From: Gloeobacterales cyanobacterium
Lineage (GTDB): Bacteria > Cyanobacteriota > Cyanobacteriia > Gloeobacterales > PMM-0068
Length of the DNA stretch: 15,039 nucleotides
Reading direction: 5' to 3'
NCBI GenBank assembly: GCA_038245785.1
Contig: JBBRSB010000050.1
Coordinates: 1 to 15,039 of the forward strand
Position 1 is the first letter of the stretch; each line of letters starts with the position of its first letter. The notes under the pieces were generated by a model. The model did not search any database. It was not told where the DNA came from and worked only from the letters and a program-made list of their open reading frames with translations. The position numbers and the translations under genes are program-made. Below, in pieces: positions 14,836 to 15,039 of the stretch.

Positions 14836-15039
14836 ACCTTACCAATCAACTGGGGTTCAGCAAGCTCAAAATGGAGAACAATGAGTTGATGTGTTTTCAA
14901 AGGAAGCATTGCATAGGTTCTTCCCCGATCGTCACTAAACTCAATCAAAAAAACATCAGCAGCCAGTTCATCAACAACAGTCCCAACCTGACCGCGAGGT
15001 AGTCCATGCTCAGGCAAATCCTCAGCTAAAGCCACAACA
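14832..15039 (-). CDS. DUF4926-domain protein (5' partial)
   Basis: VVALAEDLPEHGLPRGQVGTVVDELAADVFLIEFSDDRGRTYA signature. Confidence 0.9.
   Translation of the reverse strand, partial: VVALAEDLPEHGLPRGQVGTVVDELAADVFLIEFSDDRGRTYAMLPLKTHQLIVLHFELAEPQLIGKV

Noticed and set aside
1..15039. CRISPR array, tRNA or rRNA genes
   Set aside because: No regularly spaced repeat-spacer units or recognisable structural RNA genes were seen by eye.

Overview
Accessory, probably plasmid- or island-like DNA of cyanobacterial character (HIP1 octamers, DUF29, DUF4926, cyanobacterial-type IS1 and IS5 elements), in two halves joined at a dead IS1 (8789-9748). Left half, all on the minus strand: a soluble GAF-PAS-PAS-PAS-HisKA_3 kinase and a NarL-type regulator precede a redox/detoxification gene string (DsbA-like, SDR remnant, cupin, epoxide-hydrolase-like alpha/beta hydrolase, SnoaL-like, nitroreductase, NmrA-like, SDR). 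The last gene is clipped by an IS5-family element at the window start. The kinase appears to be the surviving C-terminal half of a Ser/Thr-kinase/AAA/His-kinase hybrid, with the decayed kinase stub still readable upstream in another frame. Right half: Tn3-family debris and toxin-antitoxin genes. These include Tn3-type ends, parE with an internal amber stop, phd, a resolvase, DUF29, a complete 1105-bp non-autonomous Tn3-family mini-transposon (IRs plus 5-bp ATCAG target duplication) whose only intact cargo is a FitAB/VapBC pair, small antitoxin-like ORFs, an orphan Rpn-like C-terminal domain with its own RBS, and DUF4926. I found no clearly new multi-gene system. The most unusual items are the TA-only mini-Tn3, the re-started kinase and the orphan RpnS-like domain. 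All family assignments come from motif recognition by eye, not database searches.
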